Below, in pieces: positions 40,889 to 49,260 of a DNA stretch of 64,000 bases. The stretch lies in the NCBI GenBank assembly GCA_963732255.1, contig CAVSYV010000008.1, forward strand, positions 42,649 to 106,648. The letters are read 5' to 3'. The notes beneath the pieces were generated by a model, which was given only the letters and a program-made list of their open reading frames with translations, did no database searches and was not told where the DNA came from. The DNA comes from an uncultured Acidobacteriaceae bacterium. GTDB lineage: Bacteria; Acidobacteriota; Terriglobia; Terriglobales; Acidobacteriaceae. Every line of letters begins with the position of its first letter. Position 1 is the first letter of the stretch. The translations under genes and the position numbers were made by a program.

Positions 40889-42022
40889 TCAATAGGTCAC
40901 GATTTTCTGCCCGCGAACGGCTTTCGCCATGCCCAGAAAAAAACCGGCATTGGCCAGGCAAAACGAAAAGGCGTGGCCGAAGACGCCGGCGGGCCGCTGG
41001 CCGCGAATGCGCATCCAGCCAATCGCGGCGCAGCCATAAAATGCCAGTTGAGCGACCCACAGCGCGACTGCCGCCCGCTGGAATACCAACACCGTATTCA
41101 AAACCAGGATGAGAAGCAGAAAAAACGGCGTCAACCAGCGCAGCAGCTTATGCGAAACCAATCCCAGGGCGGTACCAGGAAAACGGAAGGGATTGAGCAC
41201 CTCAGGACGGCTGAACGTTCCCATCCAGTTGCGCGCGGTCATGCGAATTCGCCCGCGCAGTTCTCCGGCGACGGAATACGGAGGATGATCAAAGACCACG
41301 GCTTGAGGATCATTGAGAACGAGATAACCTTGGAGCCGAACTTCCAAGGGAAGGATGCAGTCGTCGCCATAGCCGGCGGGGATGGGGGAATAGAGCTTCC
41401 TCCGGATCATCATGGCGGCGCCGCCCGCGGTGGCCAGAATGCCGATGTCCGATTCTGCCTGGCGAAGGCCATATTCGTAGCGCCAGTAGAGGCCCTGTCC
41501 TTGGGAAACGGCGTCGCCGCCGACGGCGAAATTCACGGTGGCCGACACCAAGCCAACTCTGGGATCGGCGAAGTGGCGCGACAGCAGGCGCAGAGTTTGC
41601 GGCGGAGTGCGGGTGTGGGCGTCGGTCAGAAACAGCAGATCGCCGCCGGTTTGACAGACGGCGAGATTCTGCACCCCACTCTTGCCCGCTCTGCCGCGGC
41701 TCCGCACTAAGCGGACGCGTGAATCGCGGTCCGCGTACTTCTGCACTACCGCTTCCGTCCCGTCGGTCGAACCGTCGGAGGCGACCAGGATTTCCAAACC
41801 GTCGCCCGTATCTTCCAACGCCAGGCAGTCCTCCAGCTTGGCGGCGATTGCGGGTTGTTCGTTGTGGACGGGCACAATAATGGAAATGCTGGGTTGGTGT
41901 TCGCCGGTTTTGGCCGGACGACCCATCAGGCGTCTAAGAATCCACAGCAGTGCAGGATACCCGGCCCAGGTATAGACCACGACTCCGACCAAGACCGCCA
42001 ATGCCCTGAGTTCAGCTGGCAA
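40889..42022 (-). CDS. Integral-membrane family-2 glycosyltransferase
   Basis: ISIIVPVHNE, VASDGSTDGT, FLTDAHT, followed by C-terminal TM helices (processive-GT2-like topology). Confidence 0.8.
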   Translation of the reverse strand: MPAELRALAVLVGVVVYTWAGYPALLWILRRLMGRPAKTGEHQPSISIIVPVHNEQPAIAAKLEDCLALEDTGDGLEILVASDGSTDGTEAVVQKYADRDSRVRLVRSRGRAGKSGVQNLAVCQTGGDLLFLTDAHTRTPPQTLRLLSRHFADPRVGLVSATVNFAVGGDAVSQGQGLYWRYEYGLRQAESDIGILATAGGAAMMIRRKLYSPIPAGYGDDCILPLEVRLQGYLVLNDPQAVVFDHPPYSVAGELRGRIRMTARNWMGTFSRPEVLNPFRFPGTALGLVSHKLLRWLTPFFLLLILVLNTVLVFQRAAVALWVAQLAFYGCAAIGWMRIRGQRPAGVFGHAFSFCLANAGFFLGMAKAVRGQKIVTY

Positions 42023-43025
42023 AGGACCGCTCCGCGGGGGCTTTGTCTCGGCCGAAGCTCCAGGTGCAACAGAGGCGGATGACCTTTCCTAGGTCCGAGC
42101 AATTTTGCCGATACCTGGCGTCGGCGCAGAACACCGACAACAGACGGTTCCCCAGCCAGCGCACACTGCAAGCGGAAAGGACCATCAGGCGCGCCGTCCA
42201 AACGGTCGCGGGATGATAGTGCTTGCGATAGAAACGGAAGAGGCTGCCGTAGGCGTGAACGCTGTAACGGCGCATGCGCCCGCCGGAGCTTTTTTCCCCC
42301 AGATGCACGATCTGCGCCGCCGGCAAGTAGTAGAGCTTCCAGCCCGCGCGGCGCAGCCGGATGCAGTAATCCACATCTTCCAGGTACATAAAGAATTGTT
42401 CGTCCAAAGGCCCAACCTCTTGCAGGGCTTTGCGCCGCAGCAGGAGACAGGCGGCGGAAACCGTTTCCACTTCCAAGGGAGAGGGATCCTCGACGTAGGA
42501 ATCCAGGCAGGAAACCAGCTTCCTCCCGGCGAGGCCACCCAGAACCAGGCGAAGGTGCCGCCGCTGCCAGTCGCCCAGCAAGTGGGAAACTCCGGTAAGG
42601 CGCAACAGCAGACGCACCAGGCCCGGTCTGGCATCGCGCCCCGCTGAAGCCTGGATGGTGCCATCGGGAAACAGCAGACGCGCTCCGGCGGCGCCAGCCT
42701 GTGAATGAGCGTCCAGGAATTCGCTCATGGCGGTGATGGATCCGGGGAGGACGACCGTATCGCTGTTGAGAAGCAGGACGTACGCGCCGTGATCCTGCTC
42801 GATCCCGCGATTGTTGGCTGCGGCGAAGCCCGTGTTGGTGGCATTGTGCAGAAGCCGCACCCCGGGAAATTCACAGCGAACCATCTCCGCGCTGCCGTCG
42901 CCGGAGTCATTGTCGACGACGGTGATGTTCATCCCGGGCGTGCCATGCTGCCCTAACGATTGCAGGCAGTCGCGCAGCAATTCGCGGGTGCGATAGTTCA
43001 CGATCACTACGGAAATCGAGGTCAT
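42012..43025 (-). CDS. Family-2 glycosyltransferase (soluble, rhamnosyltransferase-like)
   Basis: SVVIVNYRTRELLRDCLQSL, VVDNDSGDGS, LLNSDTVV, YLEDVDYCIRL. Confidence 0.85.
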   Translation of the reverse strand: MTSISVVIVNYRTRELLRDCLQSLGQHGTPGMNITVVDNDSGDGSAEMVRCEFPGVRLLHNATNTGFAAANNRGIEQDHGAYVLLLNSDTVVLPGSITAMSEFLDAHSQAGAAGARLLFPDGTIQASAGRDARPGLVRLLLRLTGVSHLLGDWQRRHLRLVLGGLAGRKLVSCLDSYVEDPSPLEVETVSAACLLLRRKALQEVGPLDEQFFMYLEDVDYCIRLRRAGWKLYYLPAAQIVHLGEKSSGGRMRRYSVHAYGSLFRFYRKHYHPATVWTARLMVLSACSVRWLGNRLLSVFCADARYRQNCSDLGKVIRLCCTWSFGRDKAPAERSFAS

Positions 43026-44020
43026 CGCCAGGGCCGCGATTCGAACGGTTCCTCATTCCTGGACGGAGCGAACTGCGGCTCACTGCACGGGGAAATATCC
43101 TGTGGCGGGAGGAACTCATAAGAGAAGGGTAAACGAGCGGGGGCCAGCCACCAGGCCCGAGGCCAGAGGTAGCCATAACGCACGGCCAGGGGGAACGTGA
43201 CAGCGGAGACCGCGAACTTGGCGATGGGGGGCAGTACGGAATTGCGTTTTTCCACGACTACCGCCCCTGAACCGTCGAAAACGTCGGGATTGCCAGCCAG
43301 CATGTGCTGCGTTCTTACCGTGGCCCGGTTGCCGCGCAAGAAAGAGCAATCGGCGGGATGGCCGAGGATGGTGGCGGCGATGGCCTCGACAAACCGTCTG
43401 GGATTCTCAGCCAGATCCTCGTAGCGCAGCCTCCAATGTTGCGCTGGCTGCGAAGCCATCATCAGTTCGGTGAAGGGGTTGATGAAATTCCAACTGAGGG
43501 CGGCGCGCCAGGCCGGGACCTGGAACAAATAGCTTTTCCGCCGGCGCCGGCTGGCAGCGACTCCGTGAGGCGAGCGGATCAGGTGCACTACCGAGAGGCG
43601 CACGCCCGGGGCGCGGCTCAATGCGTAGGCCCGGGCCGGGTTCTTGGAGCAGTCGATGATCGCCTCCGCACCGGTCTTTTGCGCGATCGAGCGGTACAGA
43701 TCGCGCATCGAGAAGATCAGCTTCCGAGCCTCACATCGGTCGCAGTAATTCGTAAAAGCCAGCCGGCAAAAGTGCCGCTTGCGAAAAAAGTCCTGCCCGA
43801 ATGCCTGCAGCTGAGGATCAGCCGGAATGTCTTTCCAGAAAGAACAGTCGCGCACCGGCACTCCGCAGCCGCAGGGAATCGGCGGACACTTGCCGAAGTA
43901 GTGAAACGCAGCCTGCCCCACGTTGACGAAGCCCTCCACTTCTCCCAGGAGCCGGGCCAACATGGTGCTGCCCGAGCGGCCCGAACCGGCAATGTACAGC
44001 ACTGGAATGGGTTGATTCAT
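43022..44020 (-). CDS. PAPS-dependent sulfotransferase-family protein
   Basis: 5-prime-phosphosulfate binding loop at the N-terminus (YIAGSGRSGSTMLARLL) and a 3-prime-phosphate binding segment (VVHLIRSPHGVAAS). Confidence 0.72.
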   Translation of the reverse strand: MNQPIPVLYIAGSGRSGSTMLARLLGEVEGFVNVGQAAFHYFGKCPPIPCGCGVPVRDCSFWKDIPADPQLQAFGQDFFRKRHFCRLAFTNYCDRCEARKLIFSMRDLYRSIAQKTGAEAIIDCSKNPARAYALSRAPGVRLSVVHLIRSPHGVAASRRRRKSYLFQVPAWRAALSWNFINPFTELMMASQPAQHWRLRYEDLAENPRRFVEAIAATILGHPADCSFLRGNRATVRTQHMLAGNPDVFDGSGAVVVEKRNSVLPPIAKFAVSAVTFPLAVRYGYLWPRAWWLAPARLPFSYEFLPPQDISPCSEPQFAPSRNEEPFESRPWR

Positions 44021-44039
44021 GATTCGAAGGCCGGCAGCG

Positions 44040-45305
44040 TTAGGCGCAATATAGGAGAAAAATCGCCAGCCACAGGCAGGAAACGCAGAACCTCCCGCCT
44101 AGGCCTTCCACTGTGGCTTCCGCCAGCCGGTAGCCCAACACCACCAGCCAGACCACCGCGCTGGCCTTACTGAGGGAGCGGGCGCGCAGGCAGTTGGACA
44201 GCTTCTGCAAGCCCACGCCGTACAAGACAGAACCAAACCAAATTCCCATCATGCCGAAGTTGGCATAGAACTCGGCCATCAACGGCACCTGCGCCGTGGC
44301 CTTGTAGTAGCCGTTGCTGTAGGAGATAAAGCCGTTGAATCCCCCCCACCACTTCTCTGCGATAAAGTTTCGCTTGATGGGGGAAGGGATCAGGGACAGG
44401 GCATCGTGCACGTAGCTCATTCCGTACTCGTAGTCGCGGATGTGCGGATATTTTTCCAGAATCAGTTGCACGGTTCCCGCGCCCGAGGTCATCCTTTGGC
44501 CGACCATGCCCAGCAGTTGCAGATTGTCCTGATCGTCGGTTTCGAGGGAAGAGCTGCCAAACTTCACCACAAAGAGCCCGGCGACCAGCAGAACCAGAAT
44601 CGTTCCAGCCAGCACGATCTGTTTCCCGGTGGCCGGACGGAAGTATTGCCGGGCCATGACGACCATCAGCGGGCAGGAGAGCGCAACCCACAGACCCCCG
44701 GAGGCCAGTTCGAAGGCAAAATCGAAGGCTACCAGCGCGACCGCCCATTTCCCGAACCGGACCTCGCCACAGTAAAACTTGGCCAGAAACAGCAGCGCCA
44801 GAATTGGGATGATGTGATGCACTCCCTGCAGGAGGTAGGTGGATCCGAACGTGGCATCGGCCTTGAGTTCCTGCACCACCGCGTAGTGTTCCGGGTCGCC
44901 GAGGGCGCGAAAGGAATTCAGCGACTCCATGAAGGCCAGGTTTTTTATTGCAAACACCGCAGTGGAAACAAGCGCCACCGACAGGAGCGCGGCAAACTTG
45001 CGCCCGTGCAGGTCCGGCTTCAGCGAAGCCTGGGGCATTTTGCCGCTGCCGGTAAGCAGCGCCCCGGCGGCGAATCCGGCGATGGCCAATAGGATCGCGG
45101 ACAGGGTCCCCGGGCTGATGAAATAGGACTCGCCGCCAAAACTGTGGGGAGCGTCGTAGGCATACAACGAGACTGCGGGAACGACGACATAGAGCGTCAG
45201 ATAGGCCAGGTGAACGGCGGAGGGCGAGAAAATGAAGCCGCCCGGGTTCATCTTCCAAAGAAGGAGGGTGTAGGCAAGTAGCGCCCAAATCAGGAGCGTA
45301 ACCAT
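44040..45305 (-). CDS. wzy: Wzy-like oligosaccharide repeat-unit polymerase (multi-TM)
   Basis: 421 aa with about 10-12 TM helices, no cytoplasmic domain, and a position between wzx and the transferases. The call rests on topology and context, not on a conserved motif. Confidence 0.6.
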   Translation of the reverse strand: MVTLLIWALLAYTLLLWKMNPGGFIFSPSAVHLAYLTLYVVVPAVSLYAYDAPHSFGGESYFISPGTLSAILLAIAGFAAGALLTGSGKMPQASLKPDLHGRKFAALLSVALVSTAVFAIKNLAFMESLNSFRALGDPEHYAVVQELKADATFGSTYLLQGVHHIIPILALLFLAKFYCGEVRFGKWAVALVAFDFAFELASGGLWVALSCPLMVVMARQYFRPATGKQIVLAGTILVLLVAGLFVVKFGSSSLETDDQDNLQLLGMVGQRMTSGAGTVQLILEKYPHIRDYEYGMSYVHDALSLIPSPIKRNFIAEKWWGGFNGFISYSNGYYKATAQVPLMAEFYANFGMMGIWFGSVLYGVGLQKLSNCLRARSLSKASAVVWLVVLGYRLAEATVEGLGGRFCVSCLWLAIFLLYCA

Positions 45306-45395
45306 TCTTCGTTTCCCCTTTCTTTCGGGAGAGAACCGGGCCGGCTTTGCTTTGCCGCAGGTCGACCGGGCTGACTCCGGCCTGGGCCGGGTCTT

Positions 45396-46934
45396 TCACG
45401 CTGCTCCTCCCGCAGCCGGGAAAAAAGTGGCAGCCATGGCCAGCACCGTGCGCCGCTCTTTGCCGTCCAAGACATAGGCCCAGGCAGTGCGGGCAAAGGC
45501 CAGCGCCAGACACGACGCCAGCAGGCCTCGCGTCAAAAATGATGCAACCCCCATCCATACCGGCACCAGCAGCAGTCCAAAGCCGAGAACCACCGCGGCG
45601 CTCTTCCGTAAATCTTTCGCCATCCCGTGGGAGATGGAGAGGAGCCGAAGCGAGAGCACCGCCAGCATCAGCAGCGCCGCGTCGGCACAAATGCGAATGG
45701 TCCACGCCAGCGCTGCCCCCCTGATTCCCATGTGTTTGACCAGCACCCACAGCAGCAAGACATAGAACGGCAATTCCACGAGATGGAATTTTGCCGTCAG
45801 GTCCGGCCGGCCCAGCCCTTGCAGCAGGCCGAAGGGCACGTAGGCCAGGGAATTGATCAGTGCCCCTGCGGCCAGGATTTGCAGCACAGCCGCGCCCCGG
45901 GCGGCAAATTCCGCGCCCAGCCAGAGGCGGAGAATTTCATGGGCAAAAAGAATGATCAGCAGGGTCATGGGGCCGATGATCAAAAGAATCGCCTTCAGGG
46001 ATCGCGCGCACAGTTCCTGCAGCCGGGCCGGGGAACCCGCCGCATCGAGAGAGCTGAACGCCGGGAAGATTGTAGTGCTCAGGCTTCCGGGAACCATCGC
46101 CAGCCGGTTGATGGCCTCCGACGGCGCGGTGTAGTAGCCGACTGCGACCATCGAGATCATCGATCCCAGAGCCAGCCGATCCAGATAGGAGAATAAAGGT
46201 CCCACGAAGTTGGAGACCGTAATCCAGCCGCCATAGGACAGCAAGGGCCGGAACAGGGCGAAATCGACAGAGCAGTTTTTTCTGAGGGCGGGGTAGAACT
46301 TAAAACATAAAACAAGATACGCCAGTCCCGAGCCCAAGCGGGTGAAAGCCAGAAGGCCGACCATCAGCGGCAGTCGGGCGCGGAACAGCACCGCCAGCGC
46401 AGGCAGGAGAAACAGACAGGCATTGGCCGGGACCTTCACATAATTGACCACATCGAAGTGTTGGCCGGCCTCGAGCACGCCGCGCATGGAGTTGGAACCG
46501 AGAACCAGGGGCAGCGCGGCGGCGAGAATGTAGAAACTCAACTCGGTTTCCCGGACGAAGACGGGCGTGATCTTCAGCGCGTGATGCACCAGCACTGGAG
46601 TGATCAGGGCAGCCACCGCGGCGCCGACCGCTCCCAGCAGGAACTGCGACCACAAGGAAGTCCATACCAGTCCGGGCAGGCGATGGGTTTCGCCGCTTCC
46701 CAGGCAGCCCGCGACAAACTTTGTGGTGGCGCGGCCCAGTCCCAGATCGAACAAGCCAAAGTATCCCAGAAAAATCCATGCCAGCGATAAGATGCCGAAG
46801 CGCTCGGGTCCAAGGCCGCGCAACAGATACGGAATCGCGGGCACGGCGACCACCAGGGATAACCCCTGGCTGAAGAGATTCAGGGTCCAGTTTCTGGTCA
46901 AAAGCCGTGCGTTAATCGCGATGGCTGGGCGCAT
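45396..46934 (-). CDS. wzx: Wzx-type oligosaccharide flippase (MOP/PST family)
   Basis: 512 aa with about 14 TM helices. N-terminal pattern NLFSQGLSLVVAVPAIPYLLRGLGPERFGILSLAW is typical of polysaccharide-biosynthesis (Polysacc_synt) flippases. Confidence 0.8.
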   Translation of the reverse strand: MRPAIAINARLLTRNWTLNLFSQGLSLVVAVPAIPYLLRGLGPERFGILSLAWIFLGYFGLFDLGLGRATTKFVAGCLGSGETHRLPGLVWTSLWSQFLLGAVGAAVAALITPVLVHHALKITPVFVRETELSFYILAAALPLVLGSNSMRGVLEAGQHFDVVNYVKVPANACLFLLPALAVLFRARLPLMVGLLAFTRLGSGLAYLVLCFKFYPALRKNCSVDFALFRPLLSYGGWITVSNFVGPLFSYLDRLALGSMISMVAVGYYTAPSEAINRLAMVPGSLSTTIFPAFSSLDAAGSPARLQELCARSLKAILLIIGPMTLLIILFAHEILRLWLGAEFAARGAAVLQILAAGALINSLAYVPFGLLQGLGRPDLTAKFHLVELPFYVLLLWVLVKHMGIRGAALAWTIRICADAALLMLAVLSLRLLSISHGMAKDLRKSAAVVLGFGLLLVPVWMGVASFLTRGLLASCLALAFARTAWAYVLDGKERRTVLAMAATFFPAAGGAA

Positions 46935-46942
46935 GGGTGCCT

Positions 46943-47932
46943 TTATGCCTTGATCTCAGGGAGTGACGGCGAAGCGGCTGCCGGGGACAAAGATTCGTCC
47001 CATACCGCAAGGCCAAAGCGAAGCATGCCCTCGGCCTTGGCCAGCACGCGGTTGGCGGGATTCCATGCCCGCAAATATTTCGCCGCCCGGTGGGTGTAAT
47101 GGTTGACCAGGGGCGACAGGCAGGGATGAAACGCAATCCGCTGGCGGACCGTTCTTGCCTCATAGCCCATGCGGAACTTGAATTCGTCGACGCTGGGCGG
47201 AGCATCGAGCGATTGCATGCCATAGAAGATGCCGCGAATATGCGGCCTGCGAATCAGCGTTTGCGTGACCACGAAGCTGAGCGCGTTATTGACGTGTTCG
47301 CGGAGGTAGTCACTGTGGCATTGCTGGTAGAGCATGTAGGCCCAGCCATCCATGGGAAAGGTGACCAGTGTTGCCGCCAGCCGTCCCCGCACTTCGGCCG
47401 CCCAGACCTCGAATCCCTCCAGCCCCGATGCGGCGGCATAACGGCTCTGCCAGCCGCGCTTGGTCTCCTGGACCCGGCGCTGCTGCCGGGCCAAGGTGTC
47501 GAGCCGAAGATCCCATCCCTGCTCCAGATAACGGGCAAATGAAATCGGCGCCACCCGGCAATTCCGCAGACCGCGGCGCACATTTTTTCGCGCCCACGCG
47601 CCCAGCGTCTCGAGGTCATAATCGTTTCCGGTGCAGACCACGTGGTAGCAGGATTCCCGGTTACGTGGCAGGGAGCTGTCTCTGTGTCTGTCTCTGTCTC
47701 CGTTCCGCCCATCGCCGTTCTGGCCCCTGCCGGTGGGCATCGAATAACGGAGCGCGAGAGCGCCATGGCGCAGCATCAGCTCTCGAAGTTCTGCGCGACC
47801 GGGTTCGATCAGCCAGTGATAGGGAAATGCCTGGAAGACTCCCCAGCCCTGGCTGTGCCAGTACGAACTCTCGGTCCGAATCACACGCTGGCCCTGACGG
47901 CGCAGCCATTCAGAGTAAATCTCGGCGGTCAT
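46943..47932 (-). CDS. FemAB/CelD-like GNAT-fold acyltransferase (PEP-CTERM-locus associated type), with a low-complexity insert
   Basis: 329 aa. Pattern WAAEVRGRLAATLVTFPMDGWAYMLYQQCHSDYLREHVNNAL resembles BioF2/FemAB-like acetyltransferases of EPS loci. This is a moderate-confidence family call made from memory. Confidence 0.5.
   Translation of the reverse strand: MTAEIYSEWLRRQGQRVIRTESSYWHSQGWGVFQAFPYHWLIEPGRAELRELMLRHGALALRYSMPTGRGQNGDGRNGDRDRHRDSSLPRNRESCYHVVCTGNDYDLETLGAWARKNVRRGLRNCRVAPISFARYLEQGWDLRLDTLARQQRRVQETKRGWQSRYAAASGLEGFEVWAAEVRGRLAATLVTFPMDGWAYMLYQQCHSDYLREHVNNALSFVVTQTLIRRPHIRGIFYGMQSLDAPPSVDEFKFRMGYEARTVRQRIAFHPCLSPLVNHYTHRAAKYLRAWNPANRVLAKAEGMLRFGLAVWDESLSPAAASPSLPEIKA
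47677..47700 (-). repeat. Imperfect (GAGACA)4 hexanucleotide repeat inside the FemAB-like gene
   Basis: Minus strand reads GAGACA GAGACA GACACA GAGACA and encodes DRDRHRD within the insert GRGQNGDGRNGDRDRHRDSS. Confidence 0.8.
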
Positions 47933-48018
47933 TGTTAATCTCGCTGGGTTGATCTCGCCCGGTTAATCTCGCTTGGCTAATCTGGCTTGATCCCGCGCGA
48001 CCGAGAATGCGGCCGGCG

Positions 48019-49215
48019 TCAGGCCCCGGCCCACATCCGCTTGCGCGCTTCCATTTCCTGTTCGCTGCCGTTCCACTTGACTTTGGGCAAAACGATCTCG
48101 GGCTTGATGCGGTGCTTGTATTTGAGGATCGTCTCTAGCATGCTGCCGACCAGTTCGTCCGAGAGAAAATGCGGCTCGAGGCCCAGGTCCAGCAGCTTGG
48201 AGTGCGCGGGATTGAAGTGGTGTTCTTCCTGCTCGACCCGCGGATTTGCGACGTGGCTGACCTCGGCATTCAGGCCCAGATTGCGCGCCTGGGTGGCGAC
48301 CAACTGCGCCAGCTCCAGTACCGTAAAGGTTTCGGTGAACTGATTGAAGACGCGGTACTCGCCCCGCCCGGGCGGATTGAGGATCGCCAGCTCCACGCAG
48401 CGCACGGTATCGCGAATATTGAGAAAGCCGCGCTGCTGACCGCCTTTGCCATAGACGGTCAGCGGGATTGCCGCCACGGCTTGCACGCAGAAGCGGTTGA
48501 TGGCGGTGCCGAAAACGTCGTCATAGTGAAAGCTGGTGGCCAGCCGCTCATCGAGTCCGGTCTCGTCGGTTTCAAGGCCGTAGACCACGCCCTGGTGCAG
48601 GTCGGTGGCGGAAAGATTCCAGGCGCGGCAGCTGAAGCGGATGTTGTGGCTGTCGTGCACCTTGGAAAGGTGGTAGAAAGACCCGGGCTGGCAGGGAAAA
48701 GGCAAAATGTCCTTGCGCCCCTTGTGCTCGATTTCGATAAAGCCCTCTTCGATGTCGATATTCGGAGTGCCGTACTCGCCCATGGTTCCCAGCTTCACCA
48801 GATGGCAGTCGAGTCCCAATTTTTTCATCGCCCACAGCACATTCAGCGTTCCACTAACGTTATTAACCTGGGTGAACAAGCAGCGGTTGTGATCGATCAT
48901 CGAGTAGGGCGCGGAGGGCTGTTCGCCATAATGCACGATGGCGGCGGGAGAGAAGGCTGCCAGTGCCCCTTCGACCACGCCATAATTGCGCAGATCGCCG
49001 ACAAAGAGTTCGAGCCTGGGGCCATGGATCTCATTCCAGGCTTGGACCCGGTCCTGCAGCGTGCGGATGGGAATCAGTGGTTCCACGTTGAGTTCGAGTT
49101 CCCAGCGGCGCTTGGCGAAGTTGTCCATGACCGCGACCTCGTGCCCCTGGCGCGATAGATACATGGCCGTGGCCCAGCCGAGGTAACCGTCGCCACCCAA
49201 AATCAGCACTTTCAT
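48019..49215 (-). CDS. sqdB: UDP-sulfoquinovose synthase (SQD1/SqdB/Agl3 family SDR)
   Basis: Near-collinear match to remembered plant SQD1 blocks: GGDGYLGWATAMYLS, HYGEQPSAPYSMID, HLVKLGTMGEYGTPNIDIEEGFIEI, SFYHLSKVHDSHNI, ATDLHQGVVYG, FGTAINRFCVQA, LTVYGKGGQQRGFLNIRDTV. Confidence 0.9.
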   Translation of the reverse strand: MKVLILGGDGYLGWATAMYLSRQGHEVAVMDNFAKRRWELELNVEPLIPIRTLQDRVQAWNEIHGPRLELFVGDLRNYGVVEGALAAFSPAAIVHYGEQPSAPYSMIDHNRCLFTQVNNVSGTLNVLWAMKKLGLDCHLVKLGTMGEYGTPNIDIEEGFIEIEHKGRKDILPFPCQPGSFYHLSKVHDSHNIRFSCRAWNLSATDLHQGVVYGLETDETGLDERLATSFHYDDVFGTAINRFCVQAVAAIPLTVYGKGGQQRGFLNIRDTVRCVELAILNPPGRGEYRVFNQFTETFTVLELAQLVATQARNLGLNAEVSHVANPRVEQEEHHFNPAHSKLLDLGLEPHFLSDELVGSMLETILKYKHRIKPEIVLPKVKWNGSEQEMEARKRMWAGA

Positions 49216-49260
49216 AGAGACTCCTGCGTTGCGTGTTTTACAGAAGGTGCGAGAAGGAAA

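Noticed and set aside
44167-45750. 527-aa same-strand alternative-frame ORF across wzy and the end of wzx
   Set aside because: The translation is Arg/Gly/Pro-rich with no TM helices or motifs. The overlapping frames give clean multi-TM Wzy and Wzx proteins.
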